DNA from: Clostridia bacterium | Lineage (GTDB): Bacteria > Bacillota > Clostridia > JAAYHZ01 | Direction of reading: 5' to 3' | DNA: 64,000 nt | Assembly: GCA_050950825.1 (NCBI GenBank) | Contig: JBMNIH010000009.1 | Span: forward strand, 64,001-128,000 | Part shown: in pieces, positions 27,846 through 37,348 of the stretch | How the letters are laid out: every line of letters starts with the position of its first letter | Numbering within the stretch: position 1 is the stretch's first letter | The notes under the pieces: generated by a model | Database searches by the model: none | Seen by the model: the letters and a program-made list of their open reading frames with translations, nothing else | What the model was told of the DNA's origin: nothing | Made by a program: the position numbers and the translations under genes

Positions 27846-28295
27846 TTGAACCGAATCAAAGAATTGACGGAACAATTTTACGAGAAAAAATATACGTGCT
27901 TAATCGCCGACCCGGAGAAAATCATATTTACATCCTTTGATAAAGGCGTAAAGCCTTTGTTTGACTTTTATAATACGATGAAGAATGATACGAATTCGGA
28001 GAAGGAGCTGTATTTGATCGATAAGGTTATCGGCAAGGGTGCGGCATACTTGTGCATTCTTTCGGGCATCAAAAGAATCCGGACGGAAGTCATTAGCAAG
28101 CCGGCTTTGAAGATTTTGGCGGATAACGGAATCGACGTAATCTATGAAACGCTTACGGAATATATCTCGAACATGAAAAAGACGGGAATCTGTCCGGTGG
28201 AGAGCTTAAGCTATGAATACGATACTCCGGAGTCTTTTTATCCTGCTTTGTCGAAGTTTTTAAACGGTAAACGGGAGTTAAAAGGAACATGTTGA
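27846..28295 (+). CDS. DUF1893 (TM1506-like) protein
   Basis: GVKPL, DKVIGKGAA, VISKPA, CPVE; TTG start after GAGGG. Confidence 0.8.
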   Translation: MNRIKELTEQFYEKKYTCLIADPEKIIFTSFDKGVKPLFDFYNTMKNDTNSEKELYLIDKVIGKGAAYLCILSGIKRIRTEVISKPALKILADNGIDVIYETLTEYISNMKKTGICPVESLSYEYDTPESFYPALSKFLNGKRELKGTC

Positions 28296-28711
28296 AGATT
28301 GCAGTTATCGATGCCCAAGGAGGCGGTTTCGGGAAAGCCATTGTCGAAGGCTTGTCCGTTTTAGGAGACAAAGTTGACATATTGGCATTGGGTACCAATG
28401 TATATGCTACCATGGCCATGCGAAAAGCCGGTGCCCATCGCTATGCCACCGGAGAAAACGCCATTTGCTTTAACGCGGACAAGGTGGATATTATCATAGG
28501 AGGAATCGGCATTTTGGCTTCCAATTCCATGTTGGGTGAAATTACGCCGGCCATCGCTCATGCGGTTTCTTCTTCTCATGCCAAAAAAATCGTAATTCCA
28601 TTTGGGAAATGCAATATTACGGTACCCGGTATTTCTCAGTACACATTAAAAGAATTGGTCGACATGGCGGTAGAAACGGTGGTCCGACATATGGAGGAGC
28701 AAGATGGATAA
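28289..28711 (+). CDS. DUF3842-family protein
   Basis: IAVIDAQGGGFG, ALGTN, ATGENA, SMLGEITP. Confidence 0.8.
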   Translation: MLKIAVIDAQGGGFGKAIVEGLSVLGDKVDILALGTNVYATMAMRKAGAHRYATGENAICFNADKVDIIIGGIGILASNSMLGEITPAIAHAVSSSHAKKIVIPFGKCNITVPGISQYTLKELVDMAVETVVRHMEEQDG

Positions 28712-31085
28712 TCATACCCTTCGTGTATTGGAGTTTGAAAAAATCGTCGACATGTTGGTCGATTGTGCCGTAGCAAAGCCTGCGAAGAATCTGGCGGCGA
28801 AGGTGCGGCCCTATTCATCTCGGAAGCATGTATTGGAAAAACTAAAGGAAACCACGGATGCAACCGTCTATATGATCAAAAAAGGCCGTCCCGCATTATC
28901 CGGTGTGGACGACTTGTCTCATTTGGTCTTAAAAGCGGAAAAAGGCGGTGTTTTGAGCCCCGGAGAGCTTTTAAAGGTTGCGGACCTTTTATATTCGTGC
29001 CGGCATCTGTCCGAGTATTTTCAGGAAAGAGAGCCGGATGAAGAAAACAGCATTTACAAGCTTTATCAAAACATCGTACGAAACGACGGCTTGGAAAGAG
29101 AAATAAAAAGGATTGTCGTATCGAAGGACGATTTGGCCGACGATGCCAGTCCGGAGCTTTTTTCCATTAGAAGGAGCATCCAAAAGACCAAGGACGAGTT
29201 GAAGGCCGCATTGGATCGGTTGATACGATCCCCTCAATACGCCAAATTTATGCAGGATCCTTTGGTAACCGTTCGAAACGACCGCTATGTTCTGCCGATT
29301 AAATCCGCCTACAAATCGGAAATCAAAGGCATCATACATGATACGTCGGCAAGCGGTTCCACCGTATTTATTGAACCTGCTTTTTCCGTGGAAGCGAATA
29401 ATAAAATTCGGGAATTGATGATTCAAGAAGCCAGAGAAATCGAACGAATATTAAGAATCATGTCGGAAAAAGTACGGGATTTCGGAAAAGAGATCAACGA
29501 CAACGTCTATTTCGCTACGAGGATCGACTTTGCCTTTGCCAAGGGCGAATTAAGCTTTCGTTTAAATTGCATTTGTCCGAAGATCAGCGACAACTATACG
29601 GTTAAAATAGTGGAGGGTCGTCATCCTTTGTTGGACAAGGAGACGGTGGTTCCTTTAAATATTGAAATAGGGGAGAGGTTTAAAACCTTAATCATTACGG
29701 GACCTAACACCGGCGGAAAGACGGTAGCGCTTAAGACGAGCGGGCTGTTTTGCCTTATGGCTCAAGCGGGGCTCCACGTCCCGGCAAAAGACGGTACAAT
29801 CATGCCGGTGTTTAACGACATCTTTTGCGATATCGGCGACGAGCAAAGCATTGAGCAAAGCTTGAGTACTTTTTCTTCGCATATGAAAAACATTATACAC
29901 ATCGTAAAAAATGCCGATAGTCGGTCCTTTGTTCTTTTAGACGAGTTGGGCGCGGGAACGGACCCCGAAGAAGGCTCCGCTTTGGCCATGTCCATTTTGG
30001 ACGGTTTATCGGAAAAAGGATGCACCGTCATTGCAACCACCCACTATAGCGATTTAAAGCTTTATGCCATAAAAAACGAAAACATGGAGAATGCAAGCTG
30101 CGAATTTGATGTCGAAAGCTTAAAGCCGACCTACAAATTGATCATGGGCGTGCCGGGAGAAAGCAACGCTTTGGCGATCTGCAAAAGATTGGGATTGCCC
30201 GACACCTATATCCAAAACGCAAAAAATTATCTTCACAACGACGATATCAAGTTTGAAGAAATTCTTCATAACATTCATAAAAACAAAGCCCGAACCGATC
30301 GGGAACGCCACCAAGCCCAAATGATTACAAAAGAATTGGAGACCATGAAGGCGGAGCTGGAAGAAAAAATCAAACGCTTGGAAATTGAAAAGGAAAGACA
30401 AATCAACAAAGCGAAAGAAGAAGCCAAGCGGATTATCGCCGCCGCAAAGCTGGAAGCCCAAGCCGTCATTGACCGATTGAAGCGAATGGAGGAAGAAGGA
30501 AAGCAAAACATCAAGTTAAACGAGCTGATCGATTTGAGAAAAGAAATCAATACCATGGATAAACGAATTCTCGAATCGGAAGTGCGGGATGACGAAGAAA
30601 ACGAATTTGAAGAAGTGACGTTTTCGGAAGAAAAGAGCCTCAAAGCCGGCGATACGGTAAAAATTCTAAAGCTCAACCAAACGGGTACGTTGGTATCCGA
30701 TCCGGAACCGGACGGAAAAATACTGGTGCAGGCGGGTATGATGAAGATCGCTCTTACGTTGAACGACGTTGTTCCGGTTAAAGCATCGGAAGTAAAAACG
30801 GAGCCCTCCAAAACCGTGGTAACCGGAGTGAAAAAACCGGAGAGAGTCAGCATGGAGGTGGACGTTAGAGGGCATACCGTAGAAGAAGCCATTGATGTCA
30901 TCGACAAGTATTTGGACGATGTCATTATGGCGGGACTTCATGAAGTAAGCATTATACACGGAAAAGGAACCGGAGCCTTGCGAGCCGGCATACAAGACTA
31001 TTTAAAAAACAATCCGAGAGTCTCAAGCTTTCGTATAGGAAAACACGGCGAGGGCGATTTGGGAGTCACGATCGTGGAGTTGTAG
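28704..31085 (+). CDS. mutS2: MutS2 endonuclease / ribosome-splitting factor
   Basis: ITGPNTGGKT, DIGDEQSIEQSLSTFS, LDELGAGTDP, C-terminal Smr IIHGKGTG. Confidence 0.97.
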   Translation: MDNHTLRVLEFEKIVDMLVDCAVAKPAKNLAAKVRPYSSRKHVLEKLKETTDATVYMIKKGRPALSGVDDLSHLVLKAEKGGVLSPGELLKVADLLYSCRHLSEYFQEREPDEENSIYKLYQNIVRNDGLEREIKRIVVSKDDLADDASPELFSIRRSIQKTKDELKAALDRLIRSPQYAKFMQDPLVTVRNDRYVLPIKSAYKSEIKGIIHDTSASGSTVFIEPAFSVEANNKIRELMIQEAREIERILRIMSEKVRDFGKEINDNVYFATRIDFAFAKGELSFRLNCICPKISDNYTVKIVEGRHPLLDKETVVPLNIEIGERFKTLIITGPNTGGKTVALKTSGLFCLMAQAGLHVPAKDGTIMPVFNDIFCDIGDEQSIEQSLSTFSSHMKNIIHIVKNADSRSFVLLDELGAGTDPEEGSALAMSILDGLSEKGCTVIATTHYSDLKLYAIKNENMENASCEFDVESLKPTYKLIMGVPGESNALAICKRLGLPDTYIQNAKNYLHNDDIKFEEILHNIHKNKARTDRERHQAQMITKELETMKAELEEKIKRLEIEKERQINKAKEEAKRIIAAAKLEAQAVIDRLKRMEEEGKQNIKLNELIDLRKEINTMDKRILESEVRDDEENEFEEVTFSEEKSLKAGDTVKILKLNQTGTLVSDPEPDGKILVQAGMMKIALTLNDVVPVKASEVKTEPSKTVVTGVKKPERVSMEVDVRGHTVEEAIDVIDKYLDDVIMAGLHEVSIIHGKGTGALRAGIQDYLKNNPRVSSFRIGKHGEGDLGVTIVEL

Positions 31086-31093
31086 TAAAAGAA

Positions 31094-31138
31094 AAGAGGA
31101 CTTACCGCGTTATTGTAAGCCCTCTTCTTTGTTTTTTG
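31094..31138 (+). terminator. Intrinsic terminator after mutS2
   Basis: AAGAGG.CTTAC / GTAAG.CCTCTT stem with a T-rich tail. Confidence 0.65.
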
Positions 31139-31229
31139 TGGAAACTTTTATTCTTATGCGTTATAATGATAACGCCGATTTGCTTTAAAAATAATAAGGC
31201 AAAAGTATTCGAAAACATCGGGAGAACAA

Positions 31230-32396
31230 ATGGACAAGGATAAGAAAAGGAAAAATTTACTTGCTATTGAACGAACTTTTGACGTTTTGCGTTTTATCAT
31301 AACCGTCATTGTTATACTTTCTATGATCTATTTGGGAATTCATTTCTTTCGCAAGGGATATAACTTTGTAATAAAAAGAAATGAAGTCAAGGACTTGGAT
31401 ATCGAAATCAACATCGCTCCCGGAAACGAGTATGAAATTACCATTCCGTGGGGTTACAGCACCGACGATATTGCCGCTTTGCTAAAGGAAAAGGGATTTA
31501 TCGATAACGTCTTTTTGTTTTCCATATGGTCGAAATTTATAGGATATGAAGGAAAATATACCGCAGGGGTTCATGTGCTGGATAGAACCGAAAATTACAA
31601 CACCTTGGACGGGTACGAAAAATTAATGTATATCCTTTCTCAAAATCCGAAGAAAAAGCCGGACGTAAGGGTCTTCATACCGGAAGGCAGCACATGGCAC
31701 CAGACGGAAAAGATCTTAAAGGATGCGGGAATACCCGTAGACGACGATTTTTGGAAAAAGGCGGCGGAACACGAATATAATTATAGGTTCCTGGAATATG
31801 CTTTGGACGACATGAAAAAAGAAGGCCGAACCAATATGTTCGAAGGATATCTGTTCCCGGACACTTACATTATGGACCCGGAAGCTTCGCCGGAAGTTAT
31901 TGTGGACAAGTTTTTATCCAACTTTGAGAACAAATTCCGAGAAGAGTTTTACAAAAAGACGGAGGAATTAGGGATTACCGTCGACGAAGCCATTATCATC
32001 GCGTCCTTAATCGAAAGAGAAGCAAAATTGGACAATGAAAGAGAAATTATCAGCGGTGTTATTTACAATCGTTTAAGAAGCAGCGATCCTTCCTTGAACT
32101 ATTTGCAAATTGACGCTACCATTCAATACTACTACATCGAGTCGACGGGCAAAGTGAAAGACGTGCTTTTGACGGAAGATACGAAGATTGACCACCCCTA
32201 TAATACCTACGTACATCCGGGGCTTCCTCCGGGACCCATATGCAGTCCGGGACTGAGCTCCATTATTGCCGCATTGTATCCCGAAGAACACGATTACTAC
32301 TATTACGTTGCTCGCGGAGACGGAAGCCACGAGTTTTCACGGACATATGACGAGCACATGGCAGCCGTAAGAAAATATCAAAATAACAACAGGTAA
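31230..32396 (+). CDS. mltG: Endolytic transglycosylase MltG
   Basis: N-terminal TM, EGYLFPDTY, IASLIERE, YNTY..PGLPPGPICSPG. Confidence 0.93.
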   Translation: MDKDKKRKNLLAIERTFDVLRFIITVIVILSMIYLGIHFFRKGYNFVIKRNEVKDLDIEINIAPGNEYEITIPWGYSTDDIAALLKEKGFIDNVFLFSIWSKFIGYEGKYTAGVHVLDRTENYNTLDGYEKLMYILSQNPKKKPDVRVFIPEGSTWHQTEKILKDAGIPVDDDFWKKAAEHEYNYRFLEYALDDMKKEGRTNMFEGYLFPDTYIMDPEASPEVIVDKFLSNFENKFREEFYKKTEELGITVDEAIIIASLIEREAKLDNEREIISGVIYNRLRSSDPSLNYLQIDATIQYYYIESTGKVKDVLLTEDTKIDHPYNTYVHPGLPPGPICSPGLSSIIAALYPEEHDYYYYVARGDGSHEFSRTYDEHMAAVRKYQNNNR

Positions 32397-32439
32397 ACAA
32401 AAACCGTGTTTAATAACCCTTAGGAAGAGGATGCTTTTC

Positions 32440-33111
32440 ATGCTGGGAAGAGAAGACGATAAAATTGTCGGCAACAAGCTTCGGGAGTATTTGCTGTCTT
32501 TATTGCCCGAAGATATCGGCATCTTAAAGGAAATTAAAGATCGCGCTCTGCGGGAAGGAGTTCCGCTGCTGATGGAGGAAACGGCTCGCTTCTTGGAAGT
32601 GCTTGTCCGTTTAAAGAAGCCGCAGAGAATCTTGGAAGCGGGTACGGGCATCGGATATTCCTCCATTTTAATGTGCAAAGCTTTAGAGGGAAACGTCCGT
32701 ATCGATACGATCGAATCGAACTTTGACTCGGCAAGCGAAGCAAAAAACAATATAAAAAAGGCGGGATACGAGCAACATATTCATGTTATCGTCGGTGACG
32801 TTATCGATGTATTTTCCAATCTGCAGGGACAATATGATATGATATTTATGGATGCGGCAAAAAGCCTATACAAAGAAGCGCTGCCTTTATGTACGAGGCT
32901 CTTAAAGGAAGAAGGGTTGTTGATATCCGATAACGTATTGTTTAAAGGAATGATTTCGGACCTTGAAGTCGACGTAAAAAAGCATCGCACCATTATCCGC
33001 AGCATGCGGGAGTATTTGGACCTTTTATGTCATGAAGGAACGTACGCGACCTCGTTGATTCCTTTAGGCGACGGCGTGGCGGTATCCTTAAAAAACAAAG
33101 AAAACAGGTGA
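32440..33111 (+). CDS. O-methyltransferase (YrrM/TrmR-like)
   Basis: ILEAGTGIGYS, DMIFMDAAK, SDNVLF; mltG-yrrM-U32 synteny. Confidence 0.85.
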   Translation: MLGREDDKIVGNKLREYLLSLLPEDIGILKEIKDRALREGVPLLMEETARFLEVLVRLKKPQRILEAGTGIGYSSILMCKALEGNVRIDTIESNFDSASEAKNNIKKAGYEQHIHVIVGDVIDVFSNLQGQYDMIFMDAAKSLYKEALPLCTRLLKEEGLLISDNVLFKGMISDLEVDVKKHRTIIRSMREYLDLLCHEGTYATSLIPLGDGVAVSLKNKENR

Positions 33112-33118
33112 TTTTTTA

Positions 33119-34354
33119 TTGATTACAACGATTAAAAAACCCGAGCTTTTGGCTCCGGGGGGAAATTTGGAAAAAATGAAAATTGCCCTTCATTACGGAG
33201 CCGATGCGGTATATATTTCCGGAACTCAATTCGGTTTAAGGGCTTATGCGGGCAATTTTACGGAAGCCCAATTGGAAGAAGGAATCGAATATGCCCATGC
33301 ATTAGGAAAAAAGGTGTATGTAACGGTCAATATTTTCACAAGGGATAATGATTACGAATACCTGCCGGCTTACATCCAAAAACTAAAAAAGATGAACGCC
33401 GATGCCGTCATCGTATCGGATCCGGGTCTTGTCTATATGATACGTAATCGGGTTCCGGATATGGAGATCCATTTAAGTACCCAAGCCAATACCACCAATT
33501 CCTATGCCGCGCAATTCTGGGCGGATATGGGGGTAAAAAGAATCATATTGGCCAGAGAATTAACCGGTAGCGAAATCAAGGAAATGATAAACCGTGTTAA
33601 AGGCGTTGACTTTGAAATCTTTGTTCACGGAGCCATGTGCGTTTCCTATTCCGGAAGGTGTTTGCTAAGCAACTACCTTGCAAACCGCGATTCGAACCGA
33701 GGAGAATGTACCCAGCCTTGTCGTTGGAAATATTTCTTAATGGAAGAAAAAAGGCCGGGAGAATATATACCTGTAGAAGAAGACGAAAAGGGAACCTATA
33801 TTTTCAACTCCAAGGATTTGTGTTTGATCGAGCAAATTCCGGAAATCATTCAAATGGGCGTGGCAAGCTTAAAGATCGAGGGACGCATGAAAAGCGCCCA
33901 TTACGTGGGGACGGTCGTTTCCGCCTATCGATTGGCCATTGATTCCTACTGCAAGGACCCTTCAGGATATCGATTCGATTCCTTATGGACGGAGATGTTA
34001 AAGAAGGTCAGTCACAGGCCTTATCATACCGGATTCTTTTACGGAAAGGATCAGGGAAGCCAGATTTACGCCCAATCCACCTATGTTAAGGAATACGATT
34101 TTATCGGAATGACCGAAGAATATATCACCGAAAAAAAGCTTTTACGAATTGAGCAAAGAAACAAGTTTCAAATCGGGGATGAAATTGAAATTCATCAACC
34201 GGACGGAAAATTGATTCACCTAACGGTGACCGAAATGTATAACGAAGAAATGGAATCGATACGGAATGCTCCTCATCCTCAAATGACCGTATATATTCCG
34301 ATGGATCGGCCCGTGCAAAAAGGAAGCTTGATCCGAAGAAAACCCGAAGCGTGA
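33119..34354 (+). CDS. Peptidase U32 family, tRNA hydroxylation protein (TrhP/YrrO-like)
   Basis: PELLAPGG, HLSTQ, LAREL, HGAMCVSYSGRC, CTQPCRW, KIEGRMK. Confidence 0.92.
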   Translation: MITTIKKPELLAPGGNLEKMKIALHYGADAVYISGTQFGLRAYAGNFTEAQLEEGIEYAHALGKKVYVTVNIFTRDNDYEYLPAYIQKLKKMNADAVIVSDPGLVYMIRNRVPDMEIHLSTQANTTNSYAAQFWADMGVKRIILARELTGSEIKEMINRVKGVDFEIFVHGAMCVSYSGRCLLSNYLANRDSNRGECTQPCRWKYFLMEEKRPGEYIPVEEDEKGTYIFNSKDLCLIEQIPEIIQMGVASLKIEGRMKSAHYVGTVVSAYRLAIDSYCKDPSGYRFDSLWTEMLKKVSHRPYHTGFFYGKDQGSQIYAQSTYVKEYDFIGMTEEYITEKKLLRIEQRNKFQIGDEIEIHQPDGKLIHLTVTEMYNEEMESIRNAPHPQMTVYIPMDRPVQKGSLIRRKPEA

Positions 34355-34393
34355 AGGAAGATTAAATTTGGCTGTCGAAAGGAAGGATAAGAT

Positions 34394-35212
34394 ATGGTGT
34401 GTGATAAAATTGCAATTATCGGTATCGGAAATATGGGCTCGGCGTTAGTAAAAGGAATCGTCCGAAAGGGAATAATACCCTCGGAAAACATTATTCTTTA
34501 CGATACCGATTCGGAAAAAACGGAAAAATTGGCCGAGGAAATCGGCGCTACCGCCTCCTTCGATTTAAAAGAAGCCGTGGGATCAAGCGGTACGGTCATT
34601 CTTTGCGTCAAGCCGAATATCGTTTTAAATGTTGCCGAAGAAATTTCCTCGTATTTGAATAAAGGAACCGTTGTATGCTCCATTGCGGTGGGGATACCGA
34701 TCAGCCGTTACAGAGAGTATATTTCAAACGAATGCGATTTCTTCCGAATTATGCCCAACACGCCGGCTTTGGTAGGAGAAGGCATGTCGGTTATAAGCTT
34801 TGAGGAAGGGACAAAAAAGGATTCCGTGGAACGTGTATTAAAGATATTCTCCTGTGCCGGAAAGACCCAAATTTTAGATGAAAAATTCATGAATCAAGTT
34901 ACGGCTTTAACGGGAAGCAGTCCGGCTTACGTGTTTATGATGATCGAAGCCATGGGGAACGCCGGAGTAAAGTCGGGCATTCCTGCCGATGTTTCCTACA
35001 GATTAGCGGCGCAGGCCGTTTTAGGTTCGGCAAAAATGGTTTTGGAATCCGGCCTCCATCCCGCCGTATTGAAGGACCGGGTTTGTTCTCCTGCCGGTAC
35101 TACCATCGAGGCGGTGGAAGCTTTAGAAAAAAGCAATTTCCGATATGCCTTAATGGAAGCGATGAACCGGTGCACCGAAAGAGCCAAAGAAATTTCCGGC
35201 GGGAAGGGATAA
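34394..35212 (+). CDS. proC: Pyrroline-5-carboxylate reductase
   Basis: IGIGNMG, RIMPNTP, GSSPAY, VCSPAGTT. Confidence 0.96.
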   Translation: MVCDKIAIIGIGNMGSALVKGIVRKGIIPSENIILYDTDSEKTEKLAEEIGATASFDLKEAVGSSGTVILCVKPNIVLNVAEEISSYLNKGTVVCSIAVGIPISRYREYISNECDFFRIMPNTPALVGEGMSVISFEEGTKKDSVERVLKIFSCAGKTQILDEKFMNQVTALTGSSPAYVFMMIEAMGNAGVKSGIPADVSYRLAAQAVLGSAKMVLESGLHPAVLKDRVCSPAGTTIEAVEALEKSNFRYALMEAMNRCTERAKEISGGKG

Positions 35213-35219
35213 ATCGGTA

Positions 35220-35663
35220 ATGAAAAAAGTGGATATCTATACGGACGGCGCATGCTCCGGAAACCCCGGAGAAGGCGGTTGGGGTGTCGTTTTGATTTAC
35301 AAGGACACCGAAAAGCGAATGTCCGGTTATGAAAAAGAAACAACCAATAACGCAATGGAAATCACGGCTGCCATTAAGGGATTGGAAGCGCTAAAGGAAC
35401 CTTGCGACGTAACCCTTTATTCCGACAGCGCGTATTTGGTAAACGGATTCAACTTAGGTTGGGTACATAAATGGAAAAGCTTAGGTTGGAAAAGAACACC
35501 GAAGGACGAGCTAAAAAACAAAGAGCTGTGGATGCGGCTGTATGAGCTCAATCTGATTCATCGTGTTCGGTTTGTCAAAGTCAAAGGACACGCCGATAAC
35601 GAATACAATAATATCTGCGATACTTTGGCAACGGAAGCCATTGCAAATAAAAAAGGGATTTGA
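35220..35663 (+). CDS. rnhA: Ribonuclease HI
   Basis: YTDGACSGNPG, TTNNAME, SDSAY, VKGHA. Confidence 0.96.
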   Translation: MKKVDIYTDGACSGNPGEGGWGVVLIYKDTEKRMSGYEKETTNNAMEITAAIKGLEALKEPCDVTLYSDSAYLVNGFNLGWVHKWKSLGWKRTPKDELKNKELWMRLYELNLIHRVRFVKVKGHADNEYNNICDTLATEAIANKKGI

Positions 35664-35674
35664 TCCCTTTTTTT
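35649..35674. terminator. Bidirectional terminator between convergent rnhA and spoIIM
   Basis: AAAAAAGGGAT-TTG-ATCCCTTTTTT. Confidence 0.7.
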
Positions 35675-36326
35675 ATAATACCGCTTTCAGCAGTACGGGA
35701 CATATATAGGCTTCCATAAAGCAACCGAGGATAAGTAGAATATAGCAGGGGATAAATCCCGTCAAATGGCGCGTTATTATATACTTATCGGGTTCGAATC
35801 CGGAGCTTTTTCTCCTTAAAACTATTTGAATCAAATGGCTGCACAAGGAAACACCGACGACGGCTATGATCATGTAGGCGGTAAGCAGTATCAATTCTTT
35901 CGGTAAAATCAGGCAAAGGATGACGGCGAGGCCCTTTGCTCCGAGGACCTTCGCGGTAATTCCCGCGGTGAAACCGACAATAAATCCTTTTACGGCTAAG
36001 ATTGCATAGATGAAGGGAATTCCGATTACCGATATACTCATAAAAAGCAGCAGTAAAAACACCTTGGTGTTGACGGAAAATGACCGGGCGAATAATGCAC
36101 TGCGATCCACGGTTTGCAAGCCCACCATATTCACAAATCCCGTGAAATAGCGTTCCATTTCAAGCTCCCGGGACGCATTGAGATAATTGGAGGATATACA
36201 TCCGAGCAATATTCCGAATACGATGAAGACAACGGGAATCAGCATCTTTTCAAAGGGTATGTCAAACATACGCAAAAACCGAAGAATGAGAGTATTCATG
36301 AACTTGTTTATTTTCATATCCTGCAT
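35673..36326 (-). CDS. spoIIM: Stage II sporulation protein M
   Basis: IGIPF..KGFIVGFT, ILP, EAYICP; polytopic; next to the xerD-like gene; sigma-E-like promoter. Confidence 0.85.
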   Translation of the reverse strand: MQDMKINKFMNTLILRFLRMFDIPFEKMLIPVVFIVFGILLGCISSNYLNASRELEMERYFTGFVNMVGLQTVDRSALFARSFSVNTKVFLLLLFMSISVIGIPFIYAILAVKGFIVGFTAGITAKVLGAKGLAVILCLILPKELILLTAYMIIAVVGVSLCSHLIQIVLRRKSSGFEPDKYIITRHLTGFIPCYILLILGCFMEAYICPVLLKAVL

Positions 36327-36364
36327 GACTATTGACCGTCCCTTTGTCTTTTTTCTTTCTTTGT

Positions 36365-36393
36365 ATCATATGAATAAAAGAACCTATCTATGA
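36365..36393 (-). promoter_or_regulatory. Sigma-E-like promoter of spoIIM
   Basis: Minus strand TCATA-N16-CATATGAT. Confidence 0.6.
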
Positions 36394-36495
36394 ATGAAAA
36401 GCATAAAATCCGTTTAAATTCGTGTTTTACGGTTATAAATATCCATGGGGTTACATAAGAATGGTAATGATTTTAAATATTATCGGTGGTGTATA

Positions 36496-37329
36496 ATGAT
36501 CGGTAAATACGTGGACGACTACATGGACTACTTGCATGTGGATAGAAATTTATCCGCAAACACAATCATGTCGTATAACAGAGATCTTAAAATTTTCTTC
36601 GATTACTTGGCCCGATGCGGTATTCACGATCCCGAAAAAGTGGACAAAAACGAATTGAAAAAATACTTAAAGGAAATGAGGGGAATGAAAAAGTCCGATG
36701 CAACCATATTGCGCTACATCGCTACGATCAAGTCCTACTACTCCTACTTAATCGATAACAACGTATGTACGAAAAACCCGGCATCGGATCTCGATACCCC
36801 GAAATTGGAGAAAAAGCCTTTGGTGACCATTGACGAAAACAGCATGCTGAAAATCATCAATACCCCGGAAAAGGAAACGGTCAAAGGAAAAAGAGATCGA
36901 GCCATTTTGGCAACGTTGTATTACTCCGGAGTCCGGGTATCGGAATTAATAGCTTTAACTACCGGACAATACGATTCCCAATCCGGTATAATTACCATTA
37001 GCGGTAAAGCACCTAGAAAAGTGAGTATATCCCGTTTGTGTGCCGAGTATTTGGACGATTATCTGACAAATGCACGGCCGAAAATCGTGAACAGTCAAAC
37101 GGGTGATACGTTGTTTCTCAACATGAAGGGTAACGGAATGACTCGGCAAGGTCTCTGGAAGATTATTAAATATTATTGCAAAGATATCGAGAGCGAATAC
37201 GAGATTACGCCTCATACCTTCCGCCATTCCATAGCCGCCAACATGCTGATGAAAGGAGAAGACATACATCGTATCAAAGAAATGCTGGGGCATGCGGATA
37301 TATACTCCACGAAGATTTACCGCAAATAA
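36496..37329 (+). CDS. xerD: XerD/RipX-like tyrosine recombinase with short C-terminus
   Basis: LSANTIMSYNRD, GVRVSEL, MTRQGLWK, TPHTFRHS, LGHAD, KIY; spoIIM-xerD-pdp neighbourhood. Confidence 0.8.
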   Translation: MIGKYVDDYMDYLHVDRNLSANTIMSYNRDLKIFFDYLARCGIHDPEKVDKNELKKYLKEMRGMKKSDATILRYIATIKSYYSYLIDNNVCTKNPASDLDTPKLEKKPLVTIDENSMLKIINTPEKETVKGKRDRAILATLYYSGVRVSELIALTTGQYDSQSGIITISGKAPRKVSISRLCAEYLDDYLTNARPKIVNSQTGDTLFLNMKGNGMTRQGLWKIIKYYCKDIESEYEITPHTFRHSIAANMLMKGEDIHRIKEMLGHADIYSTKIYRK

Positions 37330-37348
37330 CGGAATTTTGTGAGGAATT

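Noticed and set aside
36496-37329. Tyrosine recombinase as the integrase of a mobile element
   Set aside because: Housekeeping spoIIM-xerD-pdp context; no att repeats, phage or conjugation genes
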